NCBI GenBank assembly: GCA_044464625.1
Contig: JBIQLC010000012.1
Location: 252 to 64,251, forward strand
Direction: 5' to 3'
Length of the DNA stretch: 64,000 nt
From: Afipia sp.
GTDB taxonomy: Bacteria > Pseudomonadota > Alphaproteobacteria > Rhizobiales > Xanthobacteraceae
Shown here: piece after piece, positions 9,716-20,438 of the stretch
Layout of the letters: each line of letters begins with the position of its first letter
Numbering within the stretch: position 1 is the first letter of the stretch
Notes under the pieces: generated by a model
Told to the model about the DNA's origin: nothing
Seen by the model: the letters and a program-made list of their open reading frames with translations, nothing else
The model's database searches: none
Made by a program: the position numbers and the translations under genes

Positions 9716-11677
9716 ATGCAAAGGCTCTGGTCCGTTTCCGCCCGTATCATGATCGCAATTTCGCTGGTGGCGGCCGCCTCCTGCATTGGCCTCGCCGCCT
9801 TCGGACTGTGGCGGCAGCAGACCGCGATCGACCTCGCGCTTCATCGCGAACTGCAATCCGACTACGTCAACATGCTGAGCGCCATGGAAGCCGACACCCG
9901 CACCGTGCAGGTGGTCGCCAACGCGCTCGCCACCATGCCTGAGCTCAAGGCCGTCGTTCGGGCCAAGGATCGCGAAGCAACGCTCAAGCTGCTCGACAGC
10001 ACGCTGGCATCGATCAAGCCGCTCGGCGTCGAACTGATCACCATCCAGTTGCCGCCCGGCGTGACGCTGGCGCGCGTCCACAATCCGAAGGTGTTCGGCG
10101 ATAACGTCACCGCCCGCCGCAAGATGGTGGCGCAGGCCATTGCCGACAACAAGGCGCTCGGCGGCATCGAAGCCGGCCATGACATTCTCAACATTTTCGG
10201 CACCACGCCGATTGTCGACAACGGCACCGTGCTCGGCACCGTCGATGTCGGCGCTCCGTTCGGCAAGGCTTTCGTCAAGTCGATGAAGGACCGCTTTGGC
10301 GTCGACGTTGCGATCCACCAGATCAGCAAGGATGCCGTGAAGACGCTCGCCTCCACCATCGGCGCGGCCCAGCCTTCGCTCAACACTGTCAAGCGGGCGC
10401 TTGGCGGCGAAACGATTTTCGTCGAAGGCGAGATCGCAGGCCATCCGACCTCGACCACCTACGGCCAGATCAAGAGCTTCTCGGGTGAGCCCATCGCGGT
10501 CATCGAAATCGTTCGCGACACCTCGGCCTATAGCGAACTCGCGCGCACCTCGGCGATGTGGCTCGCGGCCGGCGCCGTGGCGGCCGTCCTGATCGCGATC
10601 CTGATCGCCGCGTGGGTTGGCCGCAGCCTCGCCCGCCCGATCCTGACGCTCGAGAGCACGATGCGCACCATCGCGTCGGGCCAGCATGACATCGTCGTTC
10701 CCGGCGGCAATCGTCGCGACGAGATCGGCTCGATGGCGCGCGCAGTCGATGTGTTCAAGGAAGGGCTGATCGAAACCGACCGACTGCGGGCGGCGCAAGA
10801 ACAGCAGCGTGTCACGGCCGAAGCCGAGCGACGCGAAACAGTCCTTGCCCTCGCGGCGCGTTTCGAAGCCGGCGTCGGCGGCATCGTCAATGCCGTGGGC
10901 TCAGCAGCCACCGAGCTGCGCAGCACGGCCGAGTCGATGGCCGGCACGGCGGAAGAAGCCACGCACCAGACCACCGCGGTCGCAGCCGCATCGGAAGAAG
11001 CGTCGCAGAACGCCCAGGCTGTCGCCGCCGCCATCGAGGAGCTGAATGCGTCGATCAACGAGATCGCCCAGCAGGTCAACGAGTCGGCGCAGGTTGCGGG
11101 TCAGGCCGTCAATCAGGCCAACCAGACCAATGCCGAAGTCCAGAGTCTTGAAGACGCCGCCCAGAAGATCGGCGACGTGGTCAAGCTGATCAGCGAAATC
11201 GCCGAGCAGACCAACCTGCTCGCGCTCAACGCGACCATCGAGGCCGCACGCGCCGGCGAAGCCGGACGCGGCTTCGCCGTGGTGGCGTCGGAAGTGAAGG
11301 CGTTGGCGACCCAGACGTCGAAGGCGACCGAGGAAATCTCGTCGCAGGTCGGCGCCATCCAGGCTGCGACCCGCACTTCGGTTGAAGCCATCACCGGCAT
11401 CACCCGCACCATCGGCAAGGTCAACGAGATCGCCAGCGCGATCGCCTCCGCCGTGGAAGAGCAAGGCGCTGCAACCCGCGAGATCGCCCACAACGTCTCG
11501 GAAGCCGCGCGGGGCACCGGCGAGGTCTCGGCCAACATCGCAGGCGTCAAGGACGCCGCGCACGAGACCGGCGTCGCCGCCGATCAGGTCGTGGCCTCTG
11601 CCGCCGAGTTGTCGCAGAACGGCGAGACGTTGAAGCAGCAGGTCGACGCCTTCCTGCGCGAGGTTCGCGCCGCCTGA
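9716..11677 (+). CDS. Methyl-accepting chemotaxis protein with Cache-type sensor
   Basis: Two TMs, HAMP ([12 protein letters not shown]), signalling domain [34 protein letters not shown]. Confidence 0.95.
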   Translation: MQRLWSVSARIMIAISLVAAASCIGLAAFGLWRQQTAIDLALHRELQSDYVNMLSAMEADTRTVQVVANALATMPELKAVVRAKDREATLKLLDSTLASIKPLGVELITIQLPPGVTLARVHNPKVFGDNVTARRKMVAQAIADNKALGGIEAGHDILNIFGTTPIVDNGTVLGTVDVGAPFGKAFVKSMKDRFGVDVAIHQISKDAVKTLASTIGAAQPSLNTVKRALGGETIFVEGEIAGHPTSTTYGQIKSFSGEPIAVIEIVRDTSAYSELARTSAMWLAAGAVAAVLIAILIAAWVGRSLARPILTLESTMRTIASGQHDIVVPGGNRRDEIGSMARAVDVFKEGLIETDRLRAAQEQQRVTAEAERRETVLALAARFEAGVGGIVNAVGSAATELRSTAESMAGTAEEATHQTTAVAAASEEASQNAQAVAAAIEELNASINEIAQQVNESAQVAGQAVNQANQTNAEVQSLEDAAQKIGDVVKLISEIAEQTNLLALNATIEAARAGEAGRGFAVVASEVKALATQTSKATEEISSQVGAIQAATRTSVEAITGITRTIGKVNEIASAIASAVEEQGAATREIAHNVSEAARGTGEVSANIAGVKDAAHETGVAADQVVASAAELSQNGETLKQQVDAFLREVRAA

Positions 11678-11699
11678 TCTGCGCATCAGACCAAACGAG

Positions 11700-11727
11700 A
11701 AAGCCGCCCCTCAAGGGCGGCTTTTTT
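11700..11727 (+). terminator. Rho-independent terminator after MCP
   Basis: AAAGCCGCCC-ctcaa-GGGCGGCTTT followed by TTT. Confidence 0.85.
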
Positions 11728-11744
11728 GTTTCAAACTATGATGC

Positions 11745-11833
11745 CCTCATCCTGAGGAGCGGCCTTATGGCCGCGTCTCGAAGGATGAGGCCTCATGGTT
11801 CGAGACGCCGCTGCGCGGCTCCTCACCATGAGG
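11745..11833. repeat. Intergenic palindromic repeat, family B (CCTCATCCTGAGG...CCTCACCATGAGG), copy 1
   Basis: Shares CCTCATCCTGAGGAGCGG, GCGTCTCGAAGGATGAGG, CCTCATGGTTCGAGACGC and GCTCCTCACCATGAGG with 28143-28245. Confidence 0.85.
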
Positions 11834-11858
11834 AGTCAAACTACGTCGGCAGCCAGTA

Positions 11859-12284
11859 TCAACCCGGCCCCTTCATCACCTTGAACACGCCGTTGGCCAT
11901 GGCGATGCAGCGGTCATCGACGCTCAACTCGGTATTCATGAAAATCAGCGTCTTGGTCGCGCGGACGATACGCGGACGCGAAATCAGCAGTTCGCCGATC
12001 TTCGCCGCGTCGATGAAATGCGTATCCATCTGGATCGTCACCACCGCGCTGACGCCGCTGCCGATCCGCGCCGCCATTCCGAGCGAACGATCCGCCAGCG
12101 TCATCAACAGGCCGCCCTGCACGAAACCACGCCGGTTCTTGTGCTTGCGCTGGGCCACGATCGCGTAATCGAGGGCGTCGCCGTTCTGCCTCTGCCACAG
12201 CGGTCCCACCAGATCGATGAAACCGTCGTCATCGACGATCGTCCAGCCGTCGTCGATCATCTTCTTGGAGCTTGTATCGCTCAT
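11859..12284 (-). CDS. PaaI family (hotdog-fold) thioesterase
   Basis: HKNRRGFVQGGLLMTLADRSLG...TIQMDTHFIDAAKIGE. Confidence 0.85.
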   Translation of the reverse strand: MSDTSSKKMIDDGWTIVDDDGFIDLVGPLWQRQNGDALDYAIVAQRKHKNRRGFVQGGLLMTLADRSLGMAARIGSGVSAVVTIQMDTHFIDAAKIGELLISRPRIVRATKTLIFMNTELSVDDRCIAMANGVFKVMKGPG

Positions 12285-12405
12285 TATCCTGTTTACCCCG
12301 GTCGTATCGCCCGGCCCACGTGGCCGTGCTCAACCGAGGCTTTTATCAATCCTGCCCGCGAAGTCACGCCGGCCGCTCACCGAGCGACCGGCGTGCCATG
12401 CGATG

Positions 12406-13029
12406 CTAGGTCTGCACACCCGGCAGCAGCCAGTCGCGATAGGTGATGCCGTAGCGGTCAGCAACCTTCTCGGACGTGCTCTCCTTGGATGCACTGTCGA
12501 TCGCGGCCTGAACGGCAGTCCCCAGAACACCCTGCCCAACAACCAGGGTTGCGACGAGCTTCGGACACGACAAGATCGTTGCGCCTGTTTTCGCATCCAC
12601 CAGCGTGGCATCCGCGACCATGCCATGCCCGCCGCCGACCACAATGCGCTGCATGGCCGACGCAATCGTAAAGCTATGGACCACGACCTGCAGCCGGACC
12701 GGGCGCGAACCGTTGAGATGTTTTCCGATTGCCTTTTCGACGCCGGCCTTGATCTGCGGCGTCAACACGCCCTGCATATAGGCCTTGCCTGCGGGCGATC
12801 GCGCGGCTTCGCCGGCCTTATCGTCCATGATCGCATGCGCACCAAGGTAGGGCCGGATACCGTCCTCCCACTGGATGGTAGAATCTGGCGCGAAACTGAC
12901 TGCGACCTCCGTCAGCTTCATCCCCGTAATGTCATTCTGCGACAGCGTGTTTTTTGCCGCCGCCATACATCCCGCGAGCGCAAGCGCGCCCGCAAGCACG
13001 GCAAGCCGTGCCAACCGCCCCAACTTCAT
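12406..13029 (-). CDS. Putative lipoprotein, unknown function
   Basis: MKLGRLARLAVLAGALALAG-C lipobox; start set at ATG 13029. Confidence 0.7.
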   Translation of the reverse strand: MKLGRLARLAVLAGALALAGCMAAAKNTLSQNDITGMKLTEVAVSFAPDSTIQWEDGIRPYLGAHAIMDDKAGEAARSPAGKAYMQGVLTPQIKAGVEKAIGKHLNGSRPVRLQVVVHSFTIASAMQRIVVGGGHGMVADATLVDAKTGATILSCPKLVATLVVGQGVLGTAVQAAIDSASKESTSEKVADRYGITYRDWLLPGVQT

Positions 13030-13216
13030 TTTTATAGCCCCCAGCATTTCCTGTGCGTCGCTCAGCCCCGAGCACGCCACTATGACTTAGGGAGCAGAGA
13101 AGAAACTTGTCTACTTTTTCTCGTTTTGCAGTGCGGTCATGCTCTGTTCAAGCTGAGCAATCTGGGCCAAGCTTTCCCGCGAAGCCCAACCTCGAACAAG
13201 AAAATCCGGAGGCCGC

Positions 13217-14434
13217 ATGAACGTCCACGCCACCCCGAAGCAGGCCAAGGCCACCCCCGCCCTTCCGTCCGCCAAACCGGAATCGATCGGGCTGTCACCG
13301 GCGCGTCTGCAGCGCATGCGCGACTGCTTCCAGCGCGAGATCGACAAAGGCACGACGCCCGGCGTCGTTACCCTCGTCTCCCGTCGCGGCCAGATCGGAT
13401 ACTTCGAAGCGCAGGGCCGCCAGAGCCCGGCCGAAGATGCCCCGATGACGCGCGACAGCATCTTCCGCATCTTCTCGATGACCAAGCCGCTGGTGTCGAT
13501 CGGTATCATGACGCTGGCCGAGGACGGCTATCTGCTACTCAACGATCCGCTCGCCAAGTTCATTCCCGAATTCGCCAACCAGAAAGTCGGCGTCGAACAC
13601 AACGGTCAGCTCGAATACGCCCTGCCGATCCGTCCCATCACGATTCAGGATCTGCTGCGCCACACCTCTGGCATCGCCTATGAAATCACCGGCAACGGCA
13701 TGGTGCAGCGGATGTATGCCAAGTCGAACGTCCGCAGCCGCGACATCACCAATGAGGAACATGCGAAGCTGATCGCCAGCATGCCGCTGATGTGCCAGCC
13801 CGGCACCGAATGGAATTACAGCCGGGCGACCGACATTCTCGGCCGCGTCATCGAGGTGGTGTCGGGCAAGACGCTGGACGAATTCCTGCAGGAGCGCATC
13901 CTCGCGCCGCTGCAGATGAACGAGACCGGCTTCCATACCGCCGTGGAGAACAAGGGCCGCCTCGCCGAGCCCTTCCCCGTCGATCCGTGGACCGGCGACA
14001 AGGTGCAGCTCTACGACCAAACCAAGGTGCCAAAGATGGAATCCGGCGGCGGCGGCCTCGTTTCAACCGCGATGGACTATGCGCGCTTCTGCCAGATGCT
14101 GCTCAATGGCGGCGAGCTGGACGGCAACCGCATCATCGGCGACCGCACGCTGAAGTTCATGGCCTCGCCGCACGTCGCGCCGGGCGTGAAACTGGAAACC
14201 CATCTCGTGCCGCCGGGACACAATTTCGGTCTCGGCTTCGCTGTCCGCACCGAGGAAGGCATGGCGCCCTACGCCGGCTCGATCGGCCAGTTCTTCTGGA
14301 GCGGTGTCGCCGGCACGTTCTTCTGGATCGACCCGAAGGAAGAGCTGTTCGCCGTGTTCCTGTCGCAAGGCCCGGGTCAACGCGAGTATTTCCGCACGCT
14401 GATCCGCAGCCTCGTCTACGCGGCGGTGGAGTAG
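13217..14434 (+). CDS. Serine hydrolase, beta-lactamase class C/esterase family
   Basis: FRIFSMTK (SxxK), LLRHTSG, PGTEWNYS, GGGGLVST, FFWIDP. Confidence 0.9.
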   Translation: MNVHATPKQAKATPALPSAKPESIGLSPARLQRMRDCFQREIDKGTTPGVVTLVSRRGQIGYFEAQGRQSPAEDAPMTRDSIFRIFSMTKPLVSIGIMTLAEDGYLLLNDPLAKFIPEFANQKVGVEHNGQLEYALPIRPITIQDLLRHTSGIAYEITGNGMVQRMYAKSNVRSRDITNEEHAKLIASMPLMCQPGTEWNYSRATDILGRVIEVVSGKTLDEFLQERILAPLQMNETGFHTAVENKGRLAEPFPVDPWTGDKVQLYDQTKVPKMESGGGGLVSTAMDYARFCQMLLNGGELDGNRIIGDRTLKFMASPHVAPGVKLETHLVPPGHNFGLGFAVRTEEGMAPYAGSIGQFFWSGVAGTFFWIDPKEELFAVFLSQGPGQREYFRTLIRSLVYAAVE

Positions 14435-14444
14435 TTCTCTCTTC

Positions 14445-14623
14445 TTCCCCTCTCCCCCTGTGGGAGAGGGTGATCCGAGCGTCAGCGAGAATCGGGTGAG
14501 GGGGATTCGTGCCTCACAGGGACATTCCCCCTCACCCGGCCCGATCTCACTGCGTTCGATCGCGCCACCCTCTCCCACATAAGAGCGTTTACGCTCGTCT
14601 TCGACGAGCTATGAGGAGAGGGA
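14445..14623. repeat. Intergenic palindromic element (CCCTCTCCC...GGGAGAGGG type) between convergent genes
   Basis: CCCCTCTCCCCCTGTGGGAGAGGG, CCCCCTCACCCGG, CCACCCTCTCCCAC and GAGGAGAGGGAA nested stems; single copy in this window. Confidence 0.65.
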
Positions 14624-14629
14624 AAAACG

Positions 14630-15397
14630 TCAGCTAATCGTCGCGCCGCCGTCGATGACGATCGACTGACCCGTCATGAAATTGCCGGCAGCCGAGCCGA
14701 GGAATACCGCCGCGCCCGCGATCTCGTCCGGGATGCCGATGCGCAGCAGCGGCGAGCGCGCCGTGGACGCCTTCAACGTATCGGGATTGTCCCACAGCGC
14801 CTTGGCGAAATCGGTCTTGATCAGACCCGGCGCGATGCAGTTCACGCGGATGTTGTGCTTGCCGTACTCGCAGGCGAGATTGCGCGCGAGCTGCATGTCC
14901 GCCGCCTTCGACACACAGTAGGCGCCGATCGTGGTCGAGCCCTTGAGGCCGCCGATCGACGACACGATCACGATCGAGCCGTCCTTGCGCTCGATCATCT
15001 GCGGCACCACCATGCTGATCAGCCAGTTGTTGGCGACGATGTTATTGCTGAGAATCTTGTTGAACTGATCGTCGGAGATGTTGGCGAGCGGCCCGTAATA
15101 AGGGTTCGACGCGGCGTTGCAGACCAGTACGTCGACCTTGCCGAACTTGGCATTGGTCTCATCGACAAGGTTCTGCAGATTTTCCTTGCTCGAGATGTTC
15201 GCCGCGACGGCGATGGTTTTGCCCTGGCCGTACTTGTCGTTGATTTCCTTCGAGACCTGATCGCTGACGTCCTGCTTGCGCGACGACACCACAACGTTGG
15301 CGCCATGCTCCACCATGCGCTCGGCAATGGCGCGGCCGATGCCGCGGGTCGAGCCGGTGACCACGGCGACCTTTCCGGTCATGTCGAACAGAGTCAT
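14630..15397 (-). CDS. SDR family oxidoreductase
   Basis: TGSTRGIG, CNAA, YCVSK (YxxxK), NCIAPGLIKT; RBS GGAGG before ATG 15397. Confidence 0.93.
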   Translation of the reverse strand: MTLFDMTGKVAVVTGSTRGIGRAIAERMVEHGANVVVSSRKQDVSDQVSKEINDKYGQGKTIAVAANISSKENLQNLVDETNAKFGKVDVLVCNAASNPYYGPLANISDDQFNKILSNNIVANNWLISMVVPQMIERKDGSIVIVSSIGGLKGSTTIGAYCVSKAADMQLARNLACEYGKHNIRVNCIAPGLIKTDFAKALWDNPDTLKASTARSPLLRIGIPDEIAGAAVFLGSAAGNFMTGQSIVIDGGATIS

Positions 15398-15425
15398 ATC
15401 GTTTCCTCCCTTTGATCTTTCGTTT

Positions 15426-15510
15426 GTCATGCCCGGCCTCCGTGCCGGGCATCCACGTCTTGCGTATCTCGAAAAAAGGCGTGGATGCCCGCGACAAGCG
15501 CGGGCATGAC
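15426..15510. repeat. GTCAT...ATGAC double-hairpin repeat, family A, copy 1
   Basis: GTCATGCCCGGCCTCCGTGCCGGGCATCCAC...GTGGATGCCCGCGACAAGCGCGGGCATGAC; related copies at 42144, 44833, 46956 and 49799. Confidence 0.85.
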
Positions 15511-15546
15511 GGCGCAGTACCTTGACGACGCGCCGCGCCCCTTCCC

Positions 15547-16281
15547 TCACCCAAGCTTGTTCGTGATTTCCGGCCCCGCCGGCTGATGCATGGCATCGTG
15601 CGACGGATCGGCGATCCACGGCTGCTGGTTGATCATCGGCACGCGCCAGCCGCTGTGGCCTTCGCCCGACAGGAAATCGAGCCGCGTGATCGAGCAATTG
15701 TCGATGGCGAACGCAAATCCCGCACTGGCCGGCAGACCGAGCGCGTGCGCAATCGCGGCCTTGATCGGCCCGCCATGCGACACGCAGACAATATCCTTGC
15801 CGGCATGCGCGGCGCTGATGCGCGTGATGCCCTCGACCGTGCGATCCGACAGATCGTTGAAGCTTTCGCCGCCCGGCGCACGCTCCTCTGCCGGGGCGAA
15901 CCAGTAGCTCGCGATCGCCGCGGGTCGCAGCGCGAAAAACTCGGCGCGGTTGAGGCCCTGCCACTCGCCGAGATCCTGCTCGGCGAATGCCTTTTCGTGC
16001 GGCATCGCGGCCGGCTTCGGGAAACCTGCATCCCAGATCGCCTGCGCGGTCTGGTGCGTGCGCTTGAGATGGCTGGAAAACCACACCGCGTCCTTCGGAA
16101 GGAAACGCGCCACACCCTTGAACACCACCGTATCGGTGCAGTCGCAGCCAATATCGGACTGGCCGTAGATTCTGCCGCCGTCCTCGCGAACCGGGGCATG
16201 GCGCACCCACCACCAGCGGGTCTGGGTCAGCCCTGCCGGCACGGCATGCTGGGCGACGAACTTCTGCGGTTGTGCAGACAT
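15547..16281 (-). CDS. Histidine phosphatase family protein (phosphoglycerate mutase-like)
   Basis: WWVRHAP (RHG-like), SHLKRTHQTA, EQDLGEWQG, PGGESF, VSHGGPI. Confidence 0.88.
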   Translation of the reverse strand: MSAQPQKFVAQHAVPAGLTQTRWWWVRHAPVREDGGRIYGQSDIGCDCTDTVVFKGVARFLPKDAVWFSSHLKRTHQTAQAIWDAGFPKPAAMPHEKAFAEQDLGEWQGLNRAEFFALRPAAIASYWFAPAEERAPGGESFNDLSDRTVEGITRISAAHAGKDIVCVSHGGPIKAAIAHALGLPASAGFAFAIDNCSITRLDFLSGEGHSGWRVPMINQQPWIADPSHDAMHQPAGPEITNKLG

Positions 16282-16289
16282 CGCGCGCC

Positions 16290-17075
16290 TCAGATCGGCT
16301 TGCCGGTGTACGGCATCGACGCCGTCAGGCCGCCATCGACCGGGAACGCCTGGCCGTTAACGTAGGACGCTTCGTCGCTGGCGAGGAACAGGCCCATCGC
16401 CGCCAACTCGTGCGGCTGGCCGGCCCGCTTCATCGGATTGAGCTGGCCGATCTTGTCCGACGTGCCGCGCTCCTTGGCGCGATCGAACACCGGCTTGGTC
16501 ATGCCGGTCTCGATCAGGCCGGGGCATACCGCGTTGATGCGCACGCCGGTGCCCGACAGCGAATAGGCCGTGGTCTGCACCAGGCTGATGACGCCCGCCT
16601 TGCTCGCCGCATAAGGATGACCGCTGGCGCCGGACTTCAGGCCCGCAACCGACGCGGTGCAGACAATCGCGCCATGACCCTGCTTGATCATGTGCGGCAT
16701 CGAATACTTCACGGCGAGGAATGGACCGATCAGATTGATCCGCAGGATTTCCTGCCAGTGCTCGACAGTCTGCTCCGGGATCGGCACCAGCCCGCCGCTG
16801 ATGCCGGCATTGGCCCAGATCGCATCGAGCTTGCCGTGGATCGCAATCGCCTTGGCGATGAAACCCTGCACGTCTTTTTCTGAACCTGCATCGGCCATCA
16901 CCGCTTCGGCGGTGCCGCCCGCCTTGCGCACCTGCTCGACGGTTTCCTTGACGCCCTCGGTCTTGTCCACCGCGATCAGCTTCGCGCCTTCCTTGGTGAA
17001 CAGCAGCGACGCCGCGCGGCCGATGCCGCTGCCCGCGCCGGTGATGATGACGGACTTGCCTTCGAGGCGACCCAT
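16290..17075 (-). CDS. SDR family oxidoreductase
   Basis: TGAGSGIG, NAG, YAASK, NAVCPGLIET; start set at ATG 17075. Confidence 0.93.
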   Translation of the reverse strand: MGRLEGKSVIITGAGSGIGRAASLLFTKEGAKLIAVDKTEGVKETVEQVRKAGGTAEAVMADAGSEKDVQGFIAKAIAIHGKLDAIWANAGISGGLVPIPEQTVEHWQEILRINLIGPFLAVKYSMPHMIKQGHGAIVCTASVAGLKSGASGHPYAASKAGVISLVQTTAYSLSGTGVRINAVCPGLIETGMTKPVFDRAKERGTSDKIGQLNPMKRAGQPHELAAMGLFLASDEASYVNGQAFPVDGGLTASMPYTGKPI

Positions 17076-17184
17076 GACGTTCTCCAGATTGAATTGGCGG
17101 GATATTCGAGATGCCTCGCGGCGATCCACATGCATCAAACCGCGGGACAAAGACAAACGCGGCGCACGGCGCCGCGTCGTCAGA

Positions 17185-18246
17185 TCATTTCGCGCCGGCG
17201 AGCTGCGCGTATTTCCACGACGCCTGCGCCAGAGGAATGCGCCGCGCCGCCGACTCTGCAGCCTTGGCGTTGGCCGCCGTGCCGTCGACGATGCGCTTGG
17301 CGATGCCCTGCACGATGCCGGCGAGACGGAACAGGTTGTAGGAGAAATACCAGTTGAGGTTTTCAATCGGCGGCACGCCCGCCGCCTTGCAGTAGATTTC
17401 CTCGGCTTCTTCCATCGTCGGGATGTTCAACGCCTTGAAATCGGCGCCATCCAGGCCCGGCATGATCCACTGCATCAGCAGGTAAGCGAAATCGGCCATC
17501 GGATCGCCGAGCGTCGACAACTCCCAGTCGAGCACCGCCCTGACCTTCGGCTTGTCGGCGTGGAAGATCATGTTGTCGAGGCGGTAGTCGCCATGCACCA
17601 CCGACACGCGCCGCTGCTCGGGCACTGTGGTCGGCAGCCACTCCATCAGCCGGTCCATTTCAGGAATCGGATCGGTTTCGGACGCCTTGTACTGCTTCGA
17701 CCAGCGATCGACCTGACGAGCAAAATAGTTGCCCGGCTTGCCGAAATCGCCCAGCCCGATCTTCTCCGGATCGTAGCTGTGCAATAGCGCCAGCGTTTCG
17801 ATCTTCGAGGTGAAGACCTCGCGCCGTTCCTTGGGCTGCAAATCCGGCAACGTCGGATTCCAGAACACCCGGCCCTCTTCCATCGACATGATGTAGAAGG
17901 CGGTACCGATCACCGCATCGTCCATGCACAGGGCATAGGCCCGGGCGACCGGAAAGCCCTGCGCGTGCAGGGCGGCGATCACCTTGTACTCACGATCCAC
18001 GGCGTGAGCCGACGGCAACAGTTTGCCGAACGGCTTGCGCCGCATCACGTAAGAGGTCTTCGGCGTGTCGAGGCGATAGGTCGGATTCGACTGGCCGCCC
18101 TTGAATTGGGAGACGGTCAATGGCCCCGCATAACCCTCGACATGCGAGGCCATCCATTTAGCAAGACTTGCTTCGTCGATCCGATGACGCTCCTCCACCG
18201 GTTTGGTGCCGGAGAAATCAGCGTCGTTCCTCACGCCAAGACCCAT
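17185..18246 (-). CDS. Aminoglycoside phosphotransferase-like kinase (ACAD10/11 or LvaA type)
   Basis: FKGGQSNPTY, LLPSAHAVDREY, VHGDYRLDN, VLDWELSTLGDP. Confidence 0.88.
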   Translation of the reverse strand: MGLGVRNDADFSGTKPVEERHRIDEASLAKWMASHVEGYAGPLTVSQFKGGQSNPTYRLDTPKTSYVMRRKPFGKLLPSAHAVDREYKVIAALHAQGFPVARAYALCMDDAVIGTAFYIMSMEEGRVFWNPTLPDLQPKERREVFTSKIETLALLHSYDPEKIGLGDFGKPGNYFARQVDRWSKQYKASETDPIPEMDRLMEWLPTTVPEQRRVSVVHGDYRLDNMIFHADKPKVRAVLDWELSTLGDPMADFAYLLMQWIMPGLDGADFKALNIPTMEEAEEIYCKAAGVPPIENLNWYFSYNLFRLAGIVQGIAKRIVDGTAANAKAAESAARRIPLAQASWKYAQLAGAK

Positions 18247-18277
18247 TTAATAAACTCCGATTGCTTGACGTTTCTTG

Positions 18278-19516
18278 TCAGTTCTTGGCCGGAGCGTTGG
18301 CGTACTTCCGAAGCTCGAGCCGTGCGATGGCACGATTGTGAACTTCATCGGGACCGTCCGCAAGCCGGAGCGTGCGGGTGTGCGCGTAGTCGCTGGCGAG
18401 GCCGGCATCGTCGGACACGCCGGCGGCGCCGAATGCCTGGATCGCCTCGTCGATGATCTTGAGCGCCATATTAGGCGCCGCGACCTTGATCATGGCGATC
18501 TCGAGCTGCGCGGTCTTGTTGCCGACTTTGTCCATCATGTCGGCGGCCTTGAGGCACAAGAGACGGGTCATCTCGATGTTGGTGCGGGCTTCGCCGATGC
18601 GCTGCTCCCACACCGACTGCTCGATGATCTTCTTGCCGAACGCGGTGCGCGACATCAGGCGCTTCACCATCTTCTCCAGCGCCTCTTCAGCCTTGCCGAT
18701 AGTGCGCATGCAGTGATGGATGCGGCCCGGGCCGAGACGGCCCTGCGCGATCTCGAAGCCGCGGCCTTCGCCGAGCAGGATGTTGCTGGCCGGCACGCGA
18801 ACGTTCTCGAGCAGGATCTGCGCGTGGCCGTGCGGCGCGTCGTCGAAACCGAACACAGGCAGCATCTTCTCGATGGTGATGCCCTTCGTGTCGAGCGGCA
18901 CGAGAATCTGCGACTGCTGCTGGTGGCGCGGCGCGCTGGTGTCGGTCTTGCCCATCAGGATCGCGATCTTGCAGCGCGGATCACCCGCACCCGATGACCA
19001 CCACTTGCGACCGTTGATGACGTAATGATCGCCGTCGCGCTTGATGCTGGTCTCGATGTTGGTGGCATCCGACGACGCAACCGCCGGCTCGGTCATCAGG
19101 AACGCCGAACGGATCTCGCCGTCCATCAGCGGACGCAGCCACTGGCGCTTGTGCTCCTTGGAGCCGTAACGCATCAGCACTTCCATGTTGCCGGTGTCCG
19201 GCGCGGAGCAGTTGAACACTTCGGAGGCCCAGCTGATGTGGCCCATCTGCTCGGAGAGCAGCGCGTATTCCAGGTTGGTAAGGCCGGCGCCGCGGAATTC
19301 ATCGTCCTCGTGCGAGGACGGCGGCATGAACATGTTCCAGAGACCTTCGGCCTTCGCCTTCTTCTTGAGGTCCTCGAGGATCGGGATCACCTTCCAGCGA
19401 TCGCCCTTCGCGTCCTGCTCCCTGTAGATCGGCACCGCCGGGCGGACGTTCTTTTCCATGAATGTGGAAACGCGATCCAGCCACTCCTTCTGGCGATCAG
19501 TCATCGAGAAATCCAT
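18278..19516 (-). CDS. Acyl-CoA dehydrogenase (ACAD10/11 or LvaC-like subfamily)
   Basis: [58 protein letters not shown]. Confidence 0.93.
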   Translation of the reverse strand: MDFSMTDRQKEWLDRVSTFMEKNVRPAVPIYREQDAKGDRWKVIPILEDLKKKAKAEGLWNMFMPPSSHEDDEFRGAGLTNLEYALLSEQMGHISWASEVFNCSAPDTGNMEVLMRYGSKEHKRQWLRPLMDGEIRSAFLMTEPAVASSDATNIETSIKRDGDHYVINGRKWWSSGAGDPRCKIAILMGKTDTSAPRHQQQSQILVPLDTKGITIEKMLPVFGFDDAPHGHAQILLENVRVPASNILLGEGRGFEIAQGRLGPGRIHHCMRTIGKAEEALEKMVKRLMSRTAFGKKIIEQSVWEQRIGEARTNIEMTRLLCLKAADMMDKVGNKTAQLEIAMIKVAAPNMALKIIDEAIQAFGAAGVSDDAGLASDYAHTRTLRLADGPDEVHNRAIARLELRKYANAPAKN

Positions 19517-19663
19517 CGGACGCTCCTGCTCTTGTTGGTTTGAAAATCTCTTGCAACACTCACGACCGGCTGTCCAGCGCGTGAAAGAATGTCAGTAACT
19601 CTGACACTCCCGCTCCGCGTCCGGCTATCCGATCGCAAGAATATCCAGCCGCGGACTTGATTT

Positions 19664-19708
19664 CATACATTTGTTTGAATTACAAGGGTGCAGGCAAACA
19701 AATGTTTG
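19664..19708. promoter_or_regulatory. Two PsrA-like TetR operators in the divergent promoter
   Basis: CATAC-attt-GTTTG (19664-19677) and perfect CAAAC-aaat-GTTTG (19695-19708) match the PsrA consensus C/GAAAC-N2-4-GTTTG/C. Confidence 0.7.
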
Positions 19709-19762
19709 ATTTTTGTTTCGCCCTGCGAAACAACCGCGCAACATTCAACCACGGTAGATTTC

Positions 19763-20431
19763 ATGGCCAGCGATCAGACCCGGGCCGCCATCCTCACCGC
19801 CGCCGAGACATTATGGGCGGAGCGATCCTTTGGCGAAGTGACGATGCGCGACATTGTGTCCGCCGCGGGCGTCAACCTCGCCGCTGTGAACTATCATTTC
19901 GGATCGAAAGACGAGTTGCTGGCGGAATTGTTCGTCAGCCGCACCACGGTGCTCAACCGCGAGCGCTTCGCCGAACTGAGGGCCGCAGAGGAAGCCGGTG
20001 CCGGTCAACCGAGTGTCGAGGCGATCCTGCGCGCGCTGGTTGGCCCGCCGCTGCGCTGGTGTCTCAGTCCCGACGAGCAGCGCTCCGCCGCAGCGCGGTT
20101 CATGACCCGCGCCTCGGTCGAAACCGTCCCGCCGATCAAGAAGATCGTCGATCGTGAATTCCGCCATCTGCAGCGGTTCGCCACCGCGCTGTGCAAGGCC
20201 CTGCCCGATCACGAGCAGGTCGATATCTATTGGGGACTGCACTTCACCCTGGCGATGATCCGCCAGACCGTGACCGACAGCGAGCGTCTGCGCAAATTGT
20301 CCGGCGGGCTGTGCGACACCAGCGACACCGACGCCATCATCAACCGCATCGTCTCGGTCGCGACCGACGCCTTGATGGGCGATGTCGTGCCAGCGCGCTC
20401 CCGCATGGCTGGCAAGCGAAAGGCGGGGTAA
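19763..20431 (+). CDS. TetR-family regulator, PsrA-like
   Basis: TRAAILTAAETL...AGVNLAAVNYHFGSKDEL HTH typical of the PsrA subfamily; divergent from acyl-CoA dehydrogenase; start set at ATG 19763. Confidence 0.85.
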   Translation: MASDQTRAAILTAAETLWAERSFGEVTMRDIVSAAGVNLAAVNYHFGSKDELLAELFVSRTTVLNRERFAELRAAEEAGAGQPSVEAILRALVGPPLRWCLSPDEQRSAAARFMTRASVETVPPIKKIVDREFRHLQRFATALCKALPDHEQVDIYWGLHFTLAMIRQTVTDSERLRKLSGGLCDTSDTDAIINRIVSVATDALMGDVVPARSRMAGKRKAG

Positions 20432-20438
20432 TATTTCA

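Noticed and set aside
12217-13683. 488-aa plus-strand ORF
   Set aside because: Overlaps three better-supported genes in other frames or strands and has no recognisable domain
15398-16213. Upstream extension making a 527-aa SDR ORF
   Set aside because: Runs through a repeat and the phosphatase gene in another frame; a clear RBS and ATG exist at 15397
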